DNA of 64,000 nt from Candidatus Latescibacterota bacterium. GTDB taxonomy: Bacteria; Latescibacterota; UBA2968; GCA-2709665. Below, piece by piece: positions 28,656 through 38,426 of the stretch (the stretch's first letter is position 1; every line of letters begins with the position of its first letter). The notes under the pieces are model-generated. The model saw nothing but the letters and a program-made list of their open reading frames with translations. It was not told where the DNA came from and did no database searches. A program made the translations under genes and the position numbers. Location: assembly GCA_965248435.1 (NCBI GenBank), contig OZ252100.1, positions 704,001-768,000 on the forward strand, given 5' to 3'.

Positions 28656-29768
28656 GTGCCGGATACCCGAATCGAGCGAATTGCCGAAGTTCTCGTCAAC
28701 TATTCCCTGGACATTCAGCCCGGGCAGAAGCTGCTGATCAGGGGAGGCGCGGCGGCCGAGGCCCTTATACGTGAATCCTATCGGAAGGCCATGCACGCTG
28801 GCGCTCTTGTTTCACTTCAGGTCGGTCTCCCGGGCCTGTCAAAAATCTTCTTCGAAGAAGCGAGCGACGAGCAGCTCGAATGGGTCCAGCCGCTCTACCG
28901 CATGGCTGCCGAAGAGTACGATGCCTATCTCGCCATCCAGTCTGAGGTCAACACTCGGGAGGGAAGTGGTTTCGACAGCGAAAAGGAGGCCAGGTTCGGT
29001 CGAGCTGTGGAACCGGTGCGTGAAACGTTCTTCGAAAGGGCGGCAGCCGGAAACCTGAAATGGTGTGTCACGATCTTTCCGACGAACGCCTACGCACAGG
29101 ATGCAGGGATGGCCCTGGAAGATTACGAAGACTTCGTTTTTGGCGCTTGTCTGCCTGACCCGGACGACCCGGTCGGATTCTGGAAAAAGATGGAGGAACG
29201 GCAGGATCGGCTTGTGAACTATCTGTCAAAAGCGAAGCAACTTCGTGTGCAGGCCGAGGACACCGATCTCAGGGTCGGCGTAGCGGGTCGTACGTGGATC
29301 AACTGCTCAGGGCGAGAGAATTTTCCCGACGGGGAGGTCTTTACGGGTCCGATAGAAACGGAGACGGAGGGCGCGGTCAGGTTTTCCTACCCTGCCGTTC
29401 ACGGGGGCCGTGAAGTGACCGATGTCCGCCTGCAATTCAAAAAAGGTCGCGTGGTGAGTGCCACAGCGGATCGGGGTGAGGAATTCCTGCGGGACATGCT
29501 TGAACGAGACGAGGGCGCGAGTGTGCTCGGGGAATTTGCGATTGGCACCAATCCGGGCATCGATCGGTTTACGCGCAATACGCTATTCGATGAGAAGATT
29601 CAGGGAACCGTCCACATGGCCCTTGGGAACTCCTATCCCGAAAGCGGGGGTGTGAATAAATCTCAGATCCACTGGGACATGGTCTGTGACCTCAGGAAAG
29701 GCGGTCGGCTCTTTGCGGATGGCGAGCTGATATACGAGGACGGGTCTTTTCTGATCGACCTGGATTAG
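28656..29768 (+). CDS. Aminopeptidase, M29 family (AmpS/AmpT-like)
   Basis: NFPDGEVFTGP, LGEFAIG, LFDEKIQGTVHMALG, SQIHWDMV. Confidence 0.93.
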   Translation: MPDTRIERIAEVLVNYSLDIQPGQKLLIRGGAAAEALIRESYRKAMHAGALVSLQVGLPGLSKIFFEEASDEQLEWVQPLYRMAAEEYDAYLAIQSEVNTREGSGFDSEKEARFGRAVEPVRETFFERAAAGNLKWCVTIFPTNAYAQDAGMALEDYEDFVFGACLPDPDDPVGFWKKMEERQDRLVNYLSKAKQLRVQAEDTDLRVGVAGRTWINCSGRENFPDGEVFTGPIETETEGAVRFSYPAVHGGREVTDVRLQFKKGRVVSATADRGEEFLRDMLERDEGASVLGEFAIGTNPGIDRFTRNTLFDEKIQGTVHMALGNSYPESGGVNKSQIHWDMVCDLRKGGRLFADGELIYEDGSFLIDLD

Positions 29769-29813
29769 CCCACCGATTGGGGAATGCAGTTTTTATGATC
29801 ACCCAACGGGGAT

Positions 29814-29839
29814 GAGACGCTCCGCCGGGGCGTCTCTAC
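29814..29839 (-). repeat. GTAG-type REP-like palindrome between convergent genes
   Basis: Minus strand GTAGAGACGCCCCGGCGGAGCGTCTC: GTAG foot plus GAGACGC/GCGTCTC stem. Adjacent CACGATC x2. Confidence 0.55.
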
Positions 29840-29859
29840 ACGATCCACGATCCACGGGT

Positions 29860-30915
29860 TCACGCCCACTTCTCGGGGTCCAGGCCAAGCTCTCTGGCTG
29901 CTTCACACATATCCGCCCACGTAGGCTCCTCCACTTCAATACCATCTGCCTCCAACTGTTGCGCCTTCCGAAATTCAGGCTCTCCAGGAAGCAGGATCTC
30001 CTTGAAACCGGGAGCCAGACGGCTGCTCCTGACGTGGAGAATCAACGCCTCGACTTCCTCGTAGTAATAATCCATTTCAGCGAAGTGTTCAATGTTGTAG
30101 GCCGTTAGCAGCACCCCATTGCTCACCATCGCACGCTCGCCCGCCGCACACCCCTGGCCGCTCAATATCCCTCCAAGTAGCTCAACGACGAGGCCAAGCC
30201 CGAATCCCTTGTGCGCCACCACGCCTCCCAGTGGAAGGATTGCGCCCGGTGGATCGGCCTTGAAGTCGTTGGGTTCCGTCGTTGGGTTGCCGTCAGAGTC
30301 GATTAGCCACCCTTCGGGCACCTTCTCGCCCCGATTTATCGCCACGCGAATCTTTCCCTCGGCTACTACGGAAGTCGTCATGTCCACGAGGATGGGATCT
30401 GCCTCGCGACGGGGTGCCGAAAAGGCGATTGGATTCGTGCTCAGCCGCCCGTCCATACCTCCAAACGGGGCGATTTGGTAGCCAAGATGCCCTGCATTCG
30501 CGAAGATCAACCCGATCATGCCCTCGCGGGCGATTTTGAGTGGATAGGCCCCGACGCGGCCAATGTGGCTCGTGTTTCGAAGGCTCACCGCCGCAACGCC
30601 GTGCTGCCGGGCCTTCTCGATTACAACGTCGGTGGCGAATGTAGCCCCGACCTGGCCGAGGGCGCCCCCAGCATCCACAACGGCACTACACGGGTTTTCA
30701 CTGACGAGTTCGGGTTTTGCACGCGCCTGAAACACGCCGTCACGCATAGACCTGACATACTGACCGAACCGAATGACGCCGTGCGAATCGTGGCCGAACA
30801 GGTTTGATTCTATCAGGTGGTCGACGACGGCCTTTGCGTCCTCCTCTGTACACCCGGAGGCTTGAAAAAGCTCGTAGCCGATTTCTCGCAGCAGGTGAGC
30901 ACTCACTCTTGGCAC
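29860..30915 (-). CDS. Ldh2-family (type 2 malate/L-lactate dehydrogenase-like) oxidoreductase
   Basis: GHDSHGV, SHIGRVGAY, STNPIAF, DMTTSVVAEGKI, HKGFGL, LPGEPE. Confidence 0.9.
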   Translation of the reverse strand: MPRVSAHLLREIGYELFQASGCTEEDAKAVVDHLIESNLFGHDSHGVIRFGQYVRSMRDGVFQARAKPELVSENPCSAVVDAGGALGQVGATFATDVVIEKARQHGVAAVSLRNTSHIGRVGAYPLKIAREGMIGLIFANAGHLGYQIAPFGGMDGRLSTNPIAFSAPRREADPILVDMTTSVVAEGKIRVAINRGEKVPEGWLIDSDGNPTTEPNDFKADPPGAILPLGGVVAHKGFGLGLVVELLGGILSGQGCAAGERAMVSNGVLLTAYNIEHFAEMDYYYEEVEALILHVRSSRLAPGFKEILLPGEPEFRKAQQLEADGIEVEEPTWADMCEAARELGLDPEKWA

Positions 30916-31051
30916 AGGAACTCCTTTCTTGTTGAAGGATGCGGGTTTAACCGCGGATCAAACAATTCCGCTTGACTCTCTCGCTTTAATGGGTATTATG
31001 CTCATGTGCTCCCCTGTATGCATGATAAGCCTCATAATTAAAGGCAGTTAA

Positions 31052-32422
31052 GTGACAGAATCTGAATTCAGACATCTCCTGGAAATCGAAGCTTTTCCCC
31101 CGCTTCCTGGGGTCACCTCGGAAATCCTTAAGGTGACGAAAGAGCTGGGCGCCCCGATCAAGGCAATCGCCAAATTGCTGCAAGCGGATCCGCCCCTCCT
31201 CAACAAAATCCTGACTGTGATAAACGCGCCTTTCTACCAGTTCACAGAACCGATATCCGAGATTGAACAGGCGCTTTCCATTCTGGGTTACAGGAAGGTG
31301 TCCAGCCTCGCCGTTGGCCTTTCCCTCTTAGATCTGTTCCCTCCCGAGCAGGCCCATGGCTTCGATTACAGGGGCTTCTGGGAACGCTCGCTTGCGACGG
31401 CGATCGCAGCTGGGGAAATCACGACGCATTTGCACGAAAATATGCTCGAGGAGCCATTCGCTGTCGGACTCATGCAGGACGTCGGTACCCTTCCTCTGGT
31501 CCGCTACAACGCCTTCAAGTATGGGCAGGCCATCGGACTCGCTCGGGGCATGGGCACACATATCGTGCACGGAGAACGAGAGCTCCTGGGCATAGATCAC
31601 GCCACCGCAGGGGCCATTCTTTGCAAATACTGGAACCTCTCTGCTCAATTCGCAGAAATTGTAGAACACCAGCACTACTCCGAGTTTAACGCCGATGTCG
31701 CCGTGGATCTAAAGGAGACCATCCAGGTTGCAAACCTTTCCAACCTTATGACAGACTCGCTCTATAAGTCGGACTCCGAATCCCAAAGAGAAATCCTCTA
31801 TGAGAGAGCTCAGACCTTCTTTTTCCGGTTCAGTCGCAGTCTGGTCGATGAAATCCTGGAAAAGATACCGAACCATTTGAAAAAAATTGCTCCAGTATTC
31901 TCTCTGGACGTCGGCCGTACCGATGAAGCAGAGGCGCCGGCTGCCGAAGAGTATCACGAAAAGTGCCCGGAGTGCGGCGCAGACGGATCGAGCAAGTTCT
32001 GCGCGGAGTGCGGGGCTCCACTTGGTGTCACGCCTGAACTACCGGCCCTGAGCAGCAGCAAGGTCCTGATTGTAGAAGATTCCTCGGCTACCAGGCTGGC
32101 GCTCTCCATCCTGATCAGAAAGCTGGGTTACGATCCCTTAGAGGCCTCGAACGGGGTCGACGCCGTAAGACTTGCCCGGAAAGAGCTGCCGGGAATGGTC
32201 CTGATGGATATGATAATGCCTGCGATGAACGGCCTGGAGGCGCTGAGGAAGATCCGGGAAAGACGAACGACGTCACACATTCCGGTAGTGATGCTCACCT
32301 CGATCACGAACGCCGAAACCGTATTAGAGTCGCTCCAGGCCGGTGCCAACGACTATGTGGTCAAACCTTTTACCGCGGCGACCGTCCACGACCGCGTCAA
32401 GAAATACATGGCGACGGCCTGA
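31052..32422 (+). CDS. HDOD domain, zinc ribbon and C-terminal receiver domain signalling protein
   Basis: FPPLP, DPPLLNKIL, FWERSL, GLMQDVG, GIDHA; CPECG...FCAECG; VLIVEDS, LMDMIMP, VVMLTS, YVVKPF. Confidence 0.87.
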   Translation: MTESEFRHLLEIEAFPPLPGVTSEILKVTKELGAPIKAIAKLLQADPPLLNKILTVINAPFYQFTEPISEIEQALSILGYRKVSSLAVGLSLLDLFPPEQAHGFDYRGFWERSLATAIAAGEITTHLHENMLEEPFAVGLMQDVGTLPLVRYNAFKYGQAIGLARGMGTHIVHGERELLGIDHATAGAILCKYWNLSAQFAEIVEHQHYSEFNADVAVDLKETIQVANLSNLMTDSLYKSDSESQREILYERAQTFFFRFSRSLVDEILEKIPNHLKKIAPVFSLDVGRTDEAEAPAAEEYHEKCPECGADGSSKFCAECGAPLGVTPELPALSSSKVLIVEDSSATRLALSILIRKLGYDPLEASNGVDAVRLARKELPGMVLMDMIMPAMNGLEALRKIRERRTTSHIPVVMLTSITNAETVLESLQAGANDYVVKPFTAATVHDRVKKYMATA

Positions 32423-32505
32423 TCTTGGGTTCGCCCTAGCAAGCTTTCCAACTAAAGCCACCCGAATCTCGGCGGAGTCTGTTCACTTCGCTTCAGCCAC
32501 TCTAA

Positions 32506-33387
32506 ATGGGAGATAGGTTCGTGGAATGGAAGTTCGAGCCAGTCGCCGGACCCTATAAATTCACTGAAGGACCGGTATGGGATGGGACCTTTCTGTTCTT
32601 TACCCACATTCTCGGCAGTCGGGTCATGCGTTACGATCCCAAAACGAATCTTTGTGAGGAATATCGCACCGGAACCAACGGAGCCAATGGACTCGTGTTG
32701 GATGCGGAGGGCCGCCTGTGTGCGTGTGAAGGTGAAGGGGATGGCCGCAGGATCGTACGTTACGAAACAAAAGAAAGCACCGTTGTGCTGGCGGATAGAT
32801 TCGAAGACCGCCGACTGAACAGCCCGAACGATCTTGTGATAGACGCCCTGGGCAGAATCTGGTTTACGGACCCAAGATACGGGGATGATCGGGACGACAT
32901 GGAACTCGATCACGAGTCGATTTTTAGACTGGATCCGTTAGAGGACGGATCCTACACAATCCTACGGAAAACGTACGATACGACTCGTCCCAACGGCCTG
33001 ATCGTAACGCCAGATATGAAGACGCTCTACGTCGCCCAAAGCGAGTACGGAGAGGGGAAGCAGCGTGAATTGAGGGCCTATCCCATCCTCGAGGACGGCA
33101 CGCTCGGTGAATACGAGGTGCTGCACAACTTCGTCCCCCACCGGGGTATCGACGGCATGACGCTCGACACCGAGCTGAACATCGTTGCGACCGCCGGCTG
33201 GGAAGTGAGCGGTCCGGGTCCTATGATCTACGTCTTTTCCCCCTCGGGGCGTGTCCTTGAGACCCATCCCGTCCCTGCCAGTCCGACCAACTGTACTTTC
33301 GGAGATGACGACCTACAAACGCTTTATGTAACGGCGCACGACGGTCATCTCTACCGCGCCCGTACACAACGAAAAGGGCTTGGATGA
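32506..33387 (+). CDS. SMP-30/gluconolactonase family protein
   Basis: FTEGPVW, LNSPND, WFTDP, RPNGL, IDGMTLD, PTNCTFG. Confidence 0.92.
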   Translation: MGDRFVEWKFEPVAGPYKFTEGPVWDGTFLFFTHILGSRVMRYDPKTNLCEEYRTGTNGANGLVLDAEGRLCACEGEGDGRRIVRYETKESTVVLADRFEDRRLNSPNDLVIDALGRIWFTDPRYGDDRDDMELDHESIFRLDPLEDGSYTILRKTYDTTRPNGLIVTPDMKTLYVAQSEYGEGKQRELRAYPILEDGTLGEYEVLHNFVPHRGIDGMTLDTELNIVATAGWEVSGPGPMIYVFSPSGRVLETHPVPASPTNCTFGDDDLQTLYVTAHDGHLYRARTQRKGLG

Positions 33388-33395
33388 AACGGTCT

Positions 33396-35537
33396 TTATT
33401 CCCCGGACGCCGCTTTTCTCAGAAGCTCCAGCGGGTGCAGGACCTCAAGCCCGGTGCCCTCATCCAGGTGAATCGTGCAAACGCTGCTTTCGGTAACGAT
33501 CGCCTCCACGCCCGAATCCTCGAATGCCGCAAAGAGGGGTTCGCCGACCGCCTGAGACAGCTCGTAACCCAGCAGCCCTTTCTTCAGTCCGAACGTACCC
33601 CCCATTCCACAACACGTTCCTGTCTCGATTAACTCCAGCTGAGCACCTTTCCTTTTCAGATAGGCGATCGTGTGCGCTCCAGCCCCAAGCGGGCGTTGGT
33701 GACACGGCAGATGGAACCCGAGGCGCCGTCCACTCAAAGAAAGATCAGGGTGCGACACTCCGGATCCTTCCTGCTGGAGCATCTCCAGGAACTCGAACAG
33801 CTCATACGTCCGTTTCGCGACAGCAAGCGCGTCCTCACGCGCTTCGAGGAGCTTTGGGTACGACTTCTTCAGACAGTAGGCAGCCGTTGGCTCGGCCGTC
33901 ACGATGTCGTATCCCTGTGCAACATAGGGCGCCAAAAAGCGCACGTTGTCGTCCGCAGCGGATCTTGCCTGCTTCAAATCTCCATATCCGATGTATGGGT
34001 AGCCGCACGCTTTCTGCTTCGGTAACACGACCTCGCAGTTTTCAGACTCCAGCAGCTCGATGGCGGCTATCCCCAACTCAGGCGCGTTGTAGGCGAAGTA
34101 GATATCGGCGAAGAAGGCCACACGGCGGACCGAATCGGCCTGCGAAGGGACGTGTCGACCCTTGAACCGCTTCCACAGGGTCCTGCGATCGAATGGCGGC
34201 AGCCGTCTTCGCCTGTCAATACCAACCGTATGCTCCAAAGTCCACCTGAAAGCCCCGTTTTTCAGAACCCAGTTGGAAACCGGGGCCGTAGCACAGCCGA
34301 ACTTCGCGAATGACTCAGCGGCCATCAATGCCCGATTGGCAAACGGGTGCGGATGAGCCTCGCTGTCGCGGTCCTTCACGGCCGCAATCATCATCGGGAT
34401 GTCGATCTCCGCAGGACAGATCTCCTGGCAGAGACCGCACGAGATGCACAACGGAGCGAAGTCACCGGCCTTCTCGAGGCCGTGCACCTCCGCCGTCCAC
34501 GGAATTCCGATCGGACCGGGATAGATATGACCGAACGCGTGTCCCCCGACGACACCGTAGGTGGGGCAAATGTTCATGCAAGCACCGCACCGGATGCAAT
34601 TGAGTGCATCGCTAAACAGCGGATCCTGCTGCATTCGGGAACGTCCATTGTCCAGAATAATGATATGCGATTCTCTTCCGTCCTCGTTCGCACCCGCGCC
34701 CAGGGGCGATCGGCCCCCCATCACGGTCACATAGGTCGTCAGGTGTTGGCCCACTGCACTGATGGGATGGGCCTGCATCATTTCGAGCGCATCTTCCACA
34801 GTCTCCACGATCTTTTCACGACCCATAATACAGATGTGAACGTCTGGAATGCTGCTCACAAGACGGGCGTTGCCTTCATTCGTTTCGATCACGATCGAGC
34901 CAGTCTCGGCGATTCCAACGTTTGCCCCTGTCATCCCGATATCCGCATTCAGGAAGATCGGTCTCAGGTACTCGCGGACCGTCTTCATAATGATGTCCAC
35001 GTCCGTGGGTACGTCCTTTCCCGTCGTCTCCTCGAAGATTTCTGCGACCTCTTTTATCGTCTTGTGCACCGCAGGAAAGACCAGATGGAAGGGTTTTTCG
35101 TGGGCCTTCTGAATGATCAACTCCCCCAGATCCGTTTCGACCACTTCCATCCCTGCCGCCTCTATGGGCTCGTTGACCTGGATTTCCTCGCTGGTGAGAG
35201 ATTTCGACTTGGCCACGACCTTCGCCCCACAGTCCCTGGCGATGCGGAGGATATAGCCGATCGCTTCCGGCCCGTCTTTCGCCAAAAACACCTGCGCTCC
35301 GCGCTGCCTGGCCTTTTCTGAGAACTGATCCACCAGGTCCCCGAGTTTCTCCTGGCATCGGAGCTTGATGGACCTCACTTCCTTCCGAAAGGCCTCCTGC
35401 CTTGGGAGAGCGGCCACGGCCCTGTTTCTGCTGTCGCGACCCCGTTTCATCACTTCGTAGAGTGCGGAGCGCCTAGGTTTCTCTTTCAGGGCCCGATCGA
35501 TCTTTTCATTTAGGCGCGAGTAGCGTCCATCAGCCAT
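33396..35537 (-). CDS. LutB/LldF-type LUD and 4Fe-4S protein fused to Cys-rich (CCG) domains
   Basis: KSKSLTSEE, ETDLGE, PAVHK, NEGNARL, CIRCGACMNICP, CISCGLCQEICP; C-terminal HLPCH, CCGMGGTFG. Confidence 0.88.
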   Translation of the reverse strand: MADGRYSRLNEKIDRALKEKPRRSALYEVMKRGRDSRNRAVAALPRQEAFRKEVRSIKLRCQEKLGDLVDQFSEKARQRGAQVFLAKDGPEAIGYILRIARDCGAKVVAKSKSLTSEEIQVNEPIEAAGMEVVETDLGELIIQKAHEKPFHLVFPAVHKTIKEVAEIFEETTGKDVPTDVDIIMKTVREYLRPIFLNADIGMTGANVGIAETGSIVIETNEGNARLVSSIPDVHICIMGREKIVETVEDALEMMQAHPISAVGQHLTTYVTVMGGRSPLGAGANEDGRESHIIILDNGRSRMQQDPLFSDALNCIRCGACMNICPTYGVVGGHAFGHIYPGPIGIPWTAEVHGLEKAGDFAPLCISCGLCQEICPAEIDIPMMIAAVKDRDSEAHPHPFANRALMAAESFAKFGCATAPVSNWVLKNGAFRWTLEHTVGIDRRRRLPPFDRRTLWKRFKGRHVPSQADSVRRVAFFADIYFAYNAPELGIAAIELLESENCEVVLPKQKACGYPYIGYGDLKQARSAADDNVRFLAPYVAQGYDIVTAEPTAAYCLKKSYPKLLEAREDALAVAKRTYELFEFLEMLQQEGSGVSHPDLSLSGRRLGFHLPCHQRPLGAGAHTIAYLKRKGAQLELIETGTCCGMGGTFGLKKGLLGYELSQAVGEPLFAAFEDSGVEAIVTESSVCTIHLDEGTGLEVLHPLELLRKAASGE

Positions 35538-35575
35538 CGTGTTGACCTCTTTGTGTATTGTGCGGCAGGCAACTC

Positions 35576-36160
35576 TTAATCCATATTTTGAACGATCACG
35601 GCGTGCGCAATCTCCGGGCCGTGCACACCCAGGGTCAGGCGCATCTCGATATCTGCCGACCGACTCGGACCGGAAATGAACGTCGCGGCTGCGTGTCGAG
35701 GGTGGTCGGTGAAGAAGGATCGAATCCGTGGAGCTGCTTCCATAAGCGTTTCGATGACCTGACGCGATGAAACCAGACCCACGTGCGTCCTGGGCAGGGT
35801 TGAGATGAGGCGCATGGCGTCGTCTACCGCAAACTCCACCAAAGTCCCCGACTCGGCAATGGCGAAATCCGCTTCCGAGATGCCCACGTCAGCCTGATCG
35901 ATAAGGTGAGGAAGTTCCCCTCGGTCAAACGGTGGCTCAAGGACCTGGACCCCTCGCTCCACGAGTCCCTCTTTCAAGGCATCGTGGAAGACCTTCGGAA
36001 GTTTTCCGAACGCAACACACCGGGCATTCGCTCCCGCGACAATCCCGGTTACGCGTTCTGCTGCGTCTCTGAGGTCATCGGTCACCTGGACCTTTCCGGC
36101 GAGGGTCTCATAATTCTGTTTAAATTTGTTTACCTGCTCAGTTGACACCGCGTCCTCCAC
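35576..36160 (-). CDS. LutC/YkgG-family LUD-domain protein
   Basis: IAESGTL, STLPRTHV, FISGPSRSADIEMRLTLGVHGP. Confidence 0.9.
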   Translation of the reverse strand: MEDAVSTEQVNKFKQNYETLAGKVQVTDDLRDAAERVTGIVAGANARCVAFGKLPKVFHDALKEGLVERGVQVLEPPFDRGELPHLIDQADVGISEADFAIAESGTLVEFAVDDAMRLISTLPRTHVGLVSSRQVIETLMEAAPRIRSFFTDHPRHAAATFISGPSRSADIEMRLTLGVHGPEIAHAVIVQNMD

Positions 36161-36259
36161 GATTGATGTCTGGCCGGCTCAAAAGTAAATCGATCCACCG
36201 AGCAAATCAAGTTTCCTTCTTGGCCACCCAGATCCGTAACAAAGTTGACTCGAAACCTG

Positions 36260-36288
36260 TTGCAAAAAAGATACATCTGTGTTATTAT
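36260..36288 (+). promoter_or_regulatory. Putative sigma70 promoter for the Omp85-NtrYX operon
   Basis: TTGCAA, 17 nt, TATTAT, with extended -10 TG. Confidence 0.5.
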
Positions 36289-36475
36289 TCCACTATGGGG
36301 CAAACAGCCCCTTCACCATCCGGTGACCTTAAAAACATTAAAAGTTGTTTATATATAGTATCTTATGCCATGTGTATCCGAATCGTTTTCCGGCCTGACT
36401 GCGGGTACGGTTCTTGCGAGACCAAGAGGGAGCGCATATTTTAGGTACGTACCTCCTCGGAAGGGGTAAACCCTC

Positions 36476-37765
36476 ATGCACCGGATACTCTCGCCTCTCC
36501 TGATCTTCGCTCTCCTCTTGTTGTGCGGCGGCACTGCGCTGGCCCAAGAGGGTTTTGTCGTCGAACGGATCGAGGTTCGAGGCAACCAGAAGACCAAACC
36601 GGAGGTCATCCTCCGCTCCCTGGGCTTCCAGCAAGGAGACCGACTGACGCAAGAAGGGATGCGAGCCAGCCGCGAAGCGCTCTATCGTACACGACTGTTC
36701 AGGACAGTTCATCTGGCCCCAAAGCCCGGATCAGAGATGGGCAGGGCCGTGCTCATGGTCTACGTCGATGAAAAGCGGTTTGGGGACCTCGGAGTCAGCG
36801 TCGTCTACACCGAGCTGGACGGATTCGGCATCGCCTCAGACGCATACCACGTCAATCTGTGGGGAGAGGGAGAAGTGATCGGGGCCGAATTCAATAGCGG
36901 AGAGCGCCTCAGGCACCTGGGATTCACCTACACTGACCCCTGGCTGTCCGGTTCAAAGCTCTCGTTGTATCTGCAGGCTTCGGTATCCTCTTCAGATCGA
37001 GACCTCTACCGTAGCAAAGACCAGGAGTCCCGCGGACGCTACGACCTCGAGCGGACCGGAGGGTCGATCGGGATCGGAAGGCCTGTACGTGGTGATTACC
37101 GTCTGATCTTCAAATACGGCTACACAGACGTGAAAGTTGCTAGCTACCGAGCACCCCTCCTGCAGACAAACGGCGGCCTCTTTGCCGACGAAGTCGGTTC
37201 GAGGGTAGGTAGGGAGCCCGTCGCTTTTCTCGGGCTCGATCTACGCCGAATTCCTTCCGCACTCCCGTGGGGAAGCGAGGCAGGGGTGGATCTTAATTTT
37301 CAGCTGGATCTCTCGACCATACACCTTGGATCTACGGCAAACTTCCTTCGAGTGAAGACGGAAGTCTACAAGCACTTTCAGGCGTTTTCTGGACAGACCT
37401 TCTCCCTGGGAGGAAGGGCCGGAACGATCCTGGGCTCCCCCCCCTTCTACGAGCGATTCTATCTTGACGGCCCGAACCAGCTCCGGGGGTTCGAACAGAG
37501 AGAAATCGGACCAGAAGGGGGAACGCAGTTCGTGTCCGCAGAGGGCATCTATTTGATCACCCTGAAGAAACTCGGCAGGTTCTACTTCTTTGCGGAGGGG
37601 GCCGGGGTCAGGCGCTCAGTGAACGACACGGTCCACAAAGGTGTCGATGGGACGTTTGGAATAGGTTTGCTCCTGTTCAACCGGGTTGATATCAGCCTGG
37701 GGCTGGGGACCGGGACCTTAATCGTCAAGTCCCACCGCTTCGGGGGGATTAACGTAGGTCTTTAG
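36476..37765 (+). CDS. Omp85/BamA-TamA-like outer membrane protein with a single POTRA domain
   Basis: Signal peptide, IEVRGNQKTKPEVILR (POTRA), FYLDGPNQLRGF (variant VRG(Y/F) motif). Confidence 0.8.
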   Translation: MHRILSPLLIFALLLLCGGTALAQEGFVVERIEVRGNQKTKPEVILRSLGFQQGDRLTQEGMRASREALYRTRLFRTVHLAPKPGSEMGRAVLMVYVDEKRFGDLGVSVVYTELDGFGIASDAYHVNLWGEGEVIGAEFNSGERLRHLGFTYTDPWLSGSKLSLYLQASVSSSDRDLYRSKDQESRGRYDLERTGGSIGIGRPVRGDYRLIFKYGYTDVKVASYRAPLLQTNGGLFADEVGSRVGREPVAFLGLDLRRIPSALPWGSEAGVDLNFQLDLSTIHLGSTANFLRVKTEVYKHFQAFSGQTFSLGGRAGTILGSPPFYERFYLDGPNQLRGFEQREIGPEGGTQFVSAEGIYLITLKKLGRFYFFAEGAGVRRSVNDTVHKGVDGTFGIGLLLFNRVDISLGLGTGTLIVKSHRFGGINVGL

Positions 37766-37826
37766 AGGCTTCAGGAGGAGCAGGCAAGGTTCTTAGAATC
37801 ACAAAAGGGATCGTGTGAAAGAGGCG

Positions 37827-38426
37827 ATGAGACAGCGATGCATCATCTGGCTAGGCCTCTTTTTTTTTATTGCGATGCCGGAGAGTGTGCACTCCCAGAA
37901 CATTGCGATCTCAGAAAAGCTGGTCTATCTCGAGCGGGACACCCTCAAACTCGACCTTGTTCTGGACAGGCTCTTCTCCGACCGCACGCTCGACGCCATC
38001 GAGTCGGGAATGACGACCTCGGTGCTCTTGGAGTTTCGGGTTGTATCAGGGAGAAATAGGGACACGGGCGTGCGTGGAGTCGAGACTCGCCTGGAGCACG
38101 ACATATGGGATGGACAATACCGTGTGATTCGGTACGCCAGCAGCCCAGACACGCTCGAGACGACCGCATTTGACAGCGCAAACGTATTCTGCTCTAGATT
38201 GAAGGGCCTGCCGCTTGGCGTTTTTCCCTTGAAAGACGAGCTGTTCAACATTCGCGTCCGGATCGGCGTAAACCCCATCTCTCCAGAGCAGCAACAACGA
38301 ACTAGAAAATGGCTCAATTTGCTCGAGCGCGGGAGCTTCCTGGAGCTCTTCGTCTCCCTGGACCAACCCGCAGAGCGAACGCCGTGGATCGAAATCTGGA
38401 ACTCGCCACCGGAGAAACCTGAATGA
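37827..38426 (+). CDS. DUF4390-like exported protein
   Basis: Signal peptide, DAIESGM, HDIWDGQYRV. Sits directly upstream of the NtrY-like kinase. Confidence 0.6.
   Translation: MRQRCIIWLGLFFFIAMPESVHSQNIAISEKLVYLERDTLKLDLVLDRLFSDRTLDAIESGMTTSVLLEFRVVSGRNRDTGVRGVETRLEHDIWDGQYRVIRYASSPDTLETTAFDSANVFCSRLKGLPLGVFPLKDELFNIRVRIGVNPISPEQQQRTRKWLNLLERGSFLELFVSLDQPAERTPWIEIWNSPPEKPE

Noticed and set aside
36296-36330. Two small hairpins (GGGGC-AAACA-GCCCC and TCACC-ATCC-GGTGA) in the Omp85 operon leader, as a c-di-GMP riboswitch
   Set aside because: Only GGCAAAC matches. The GNRA tetraloop/receptor architecture is absent and 5-bp stems are expected by chance.
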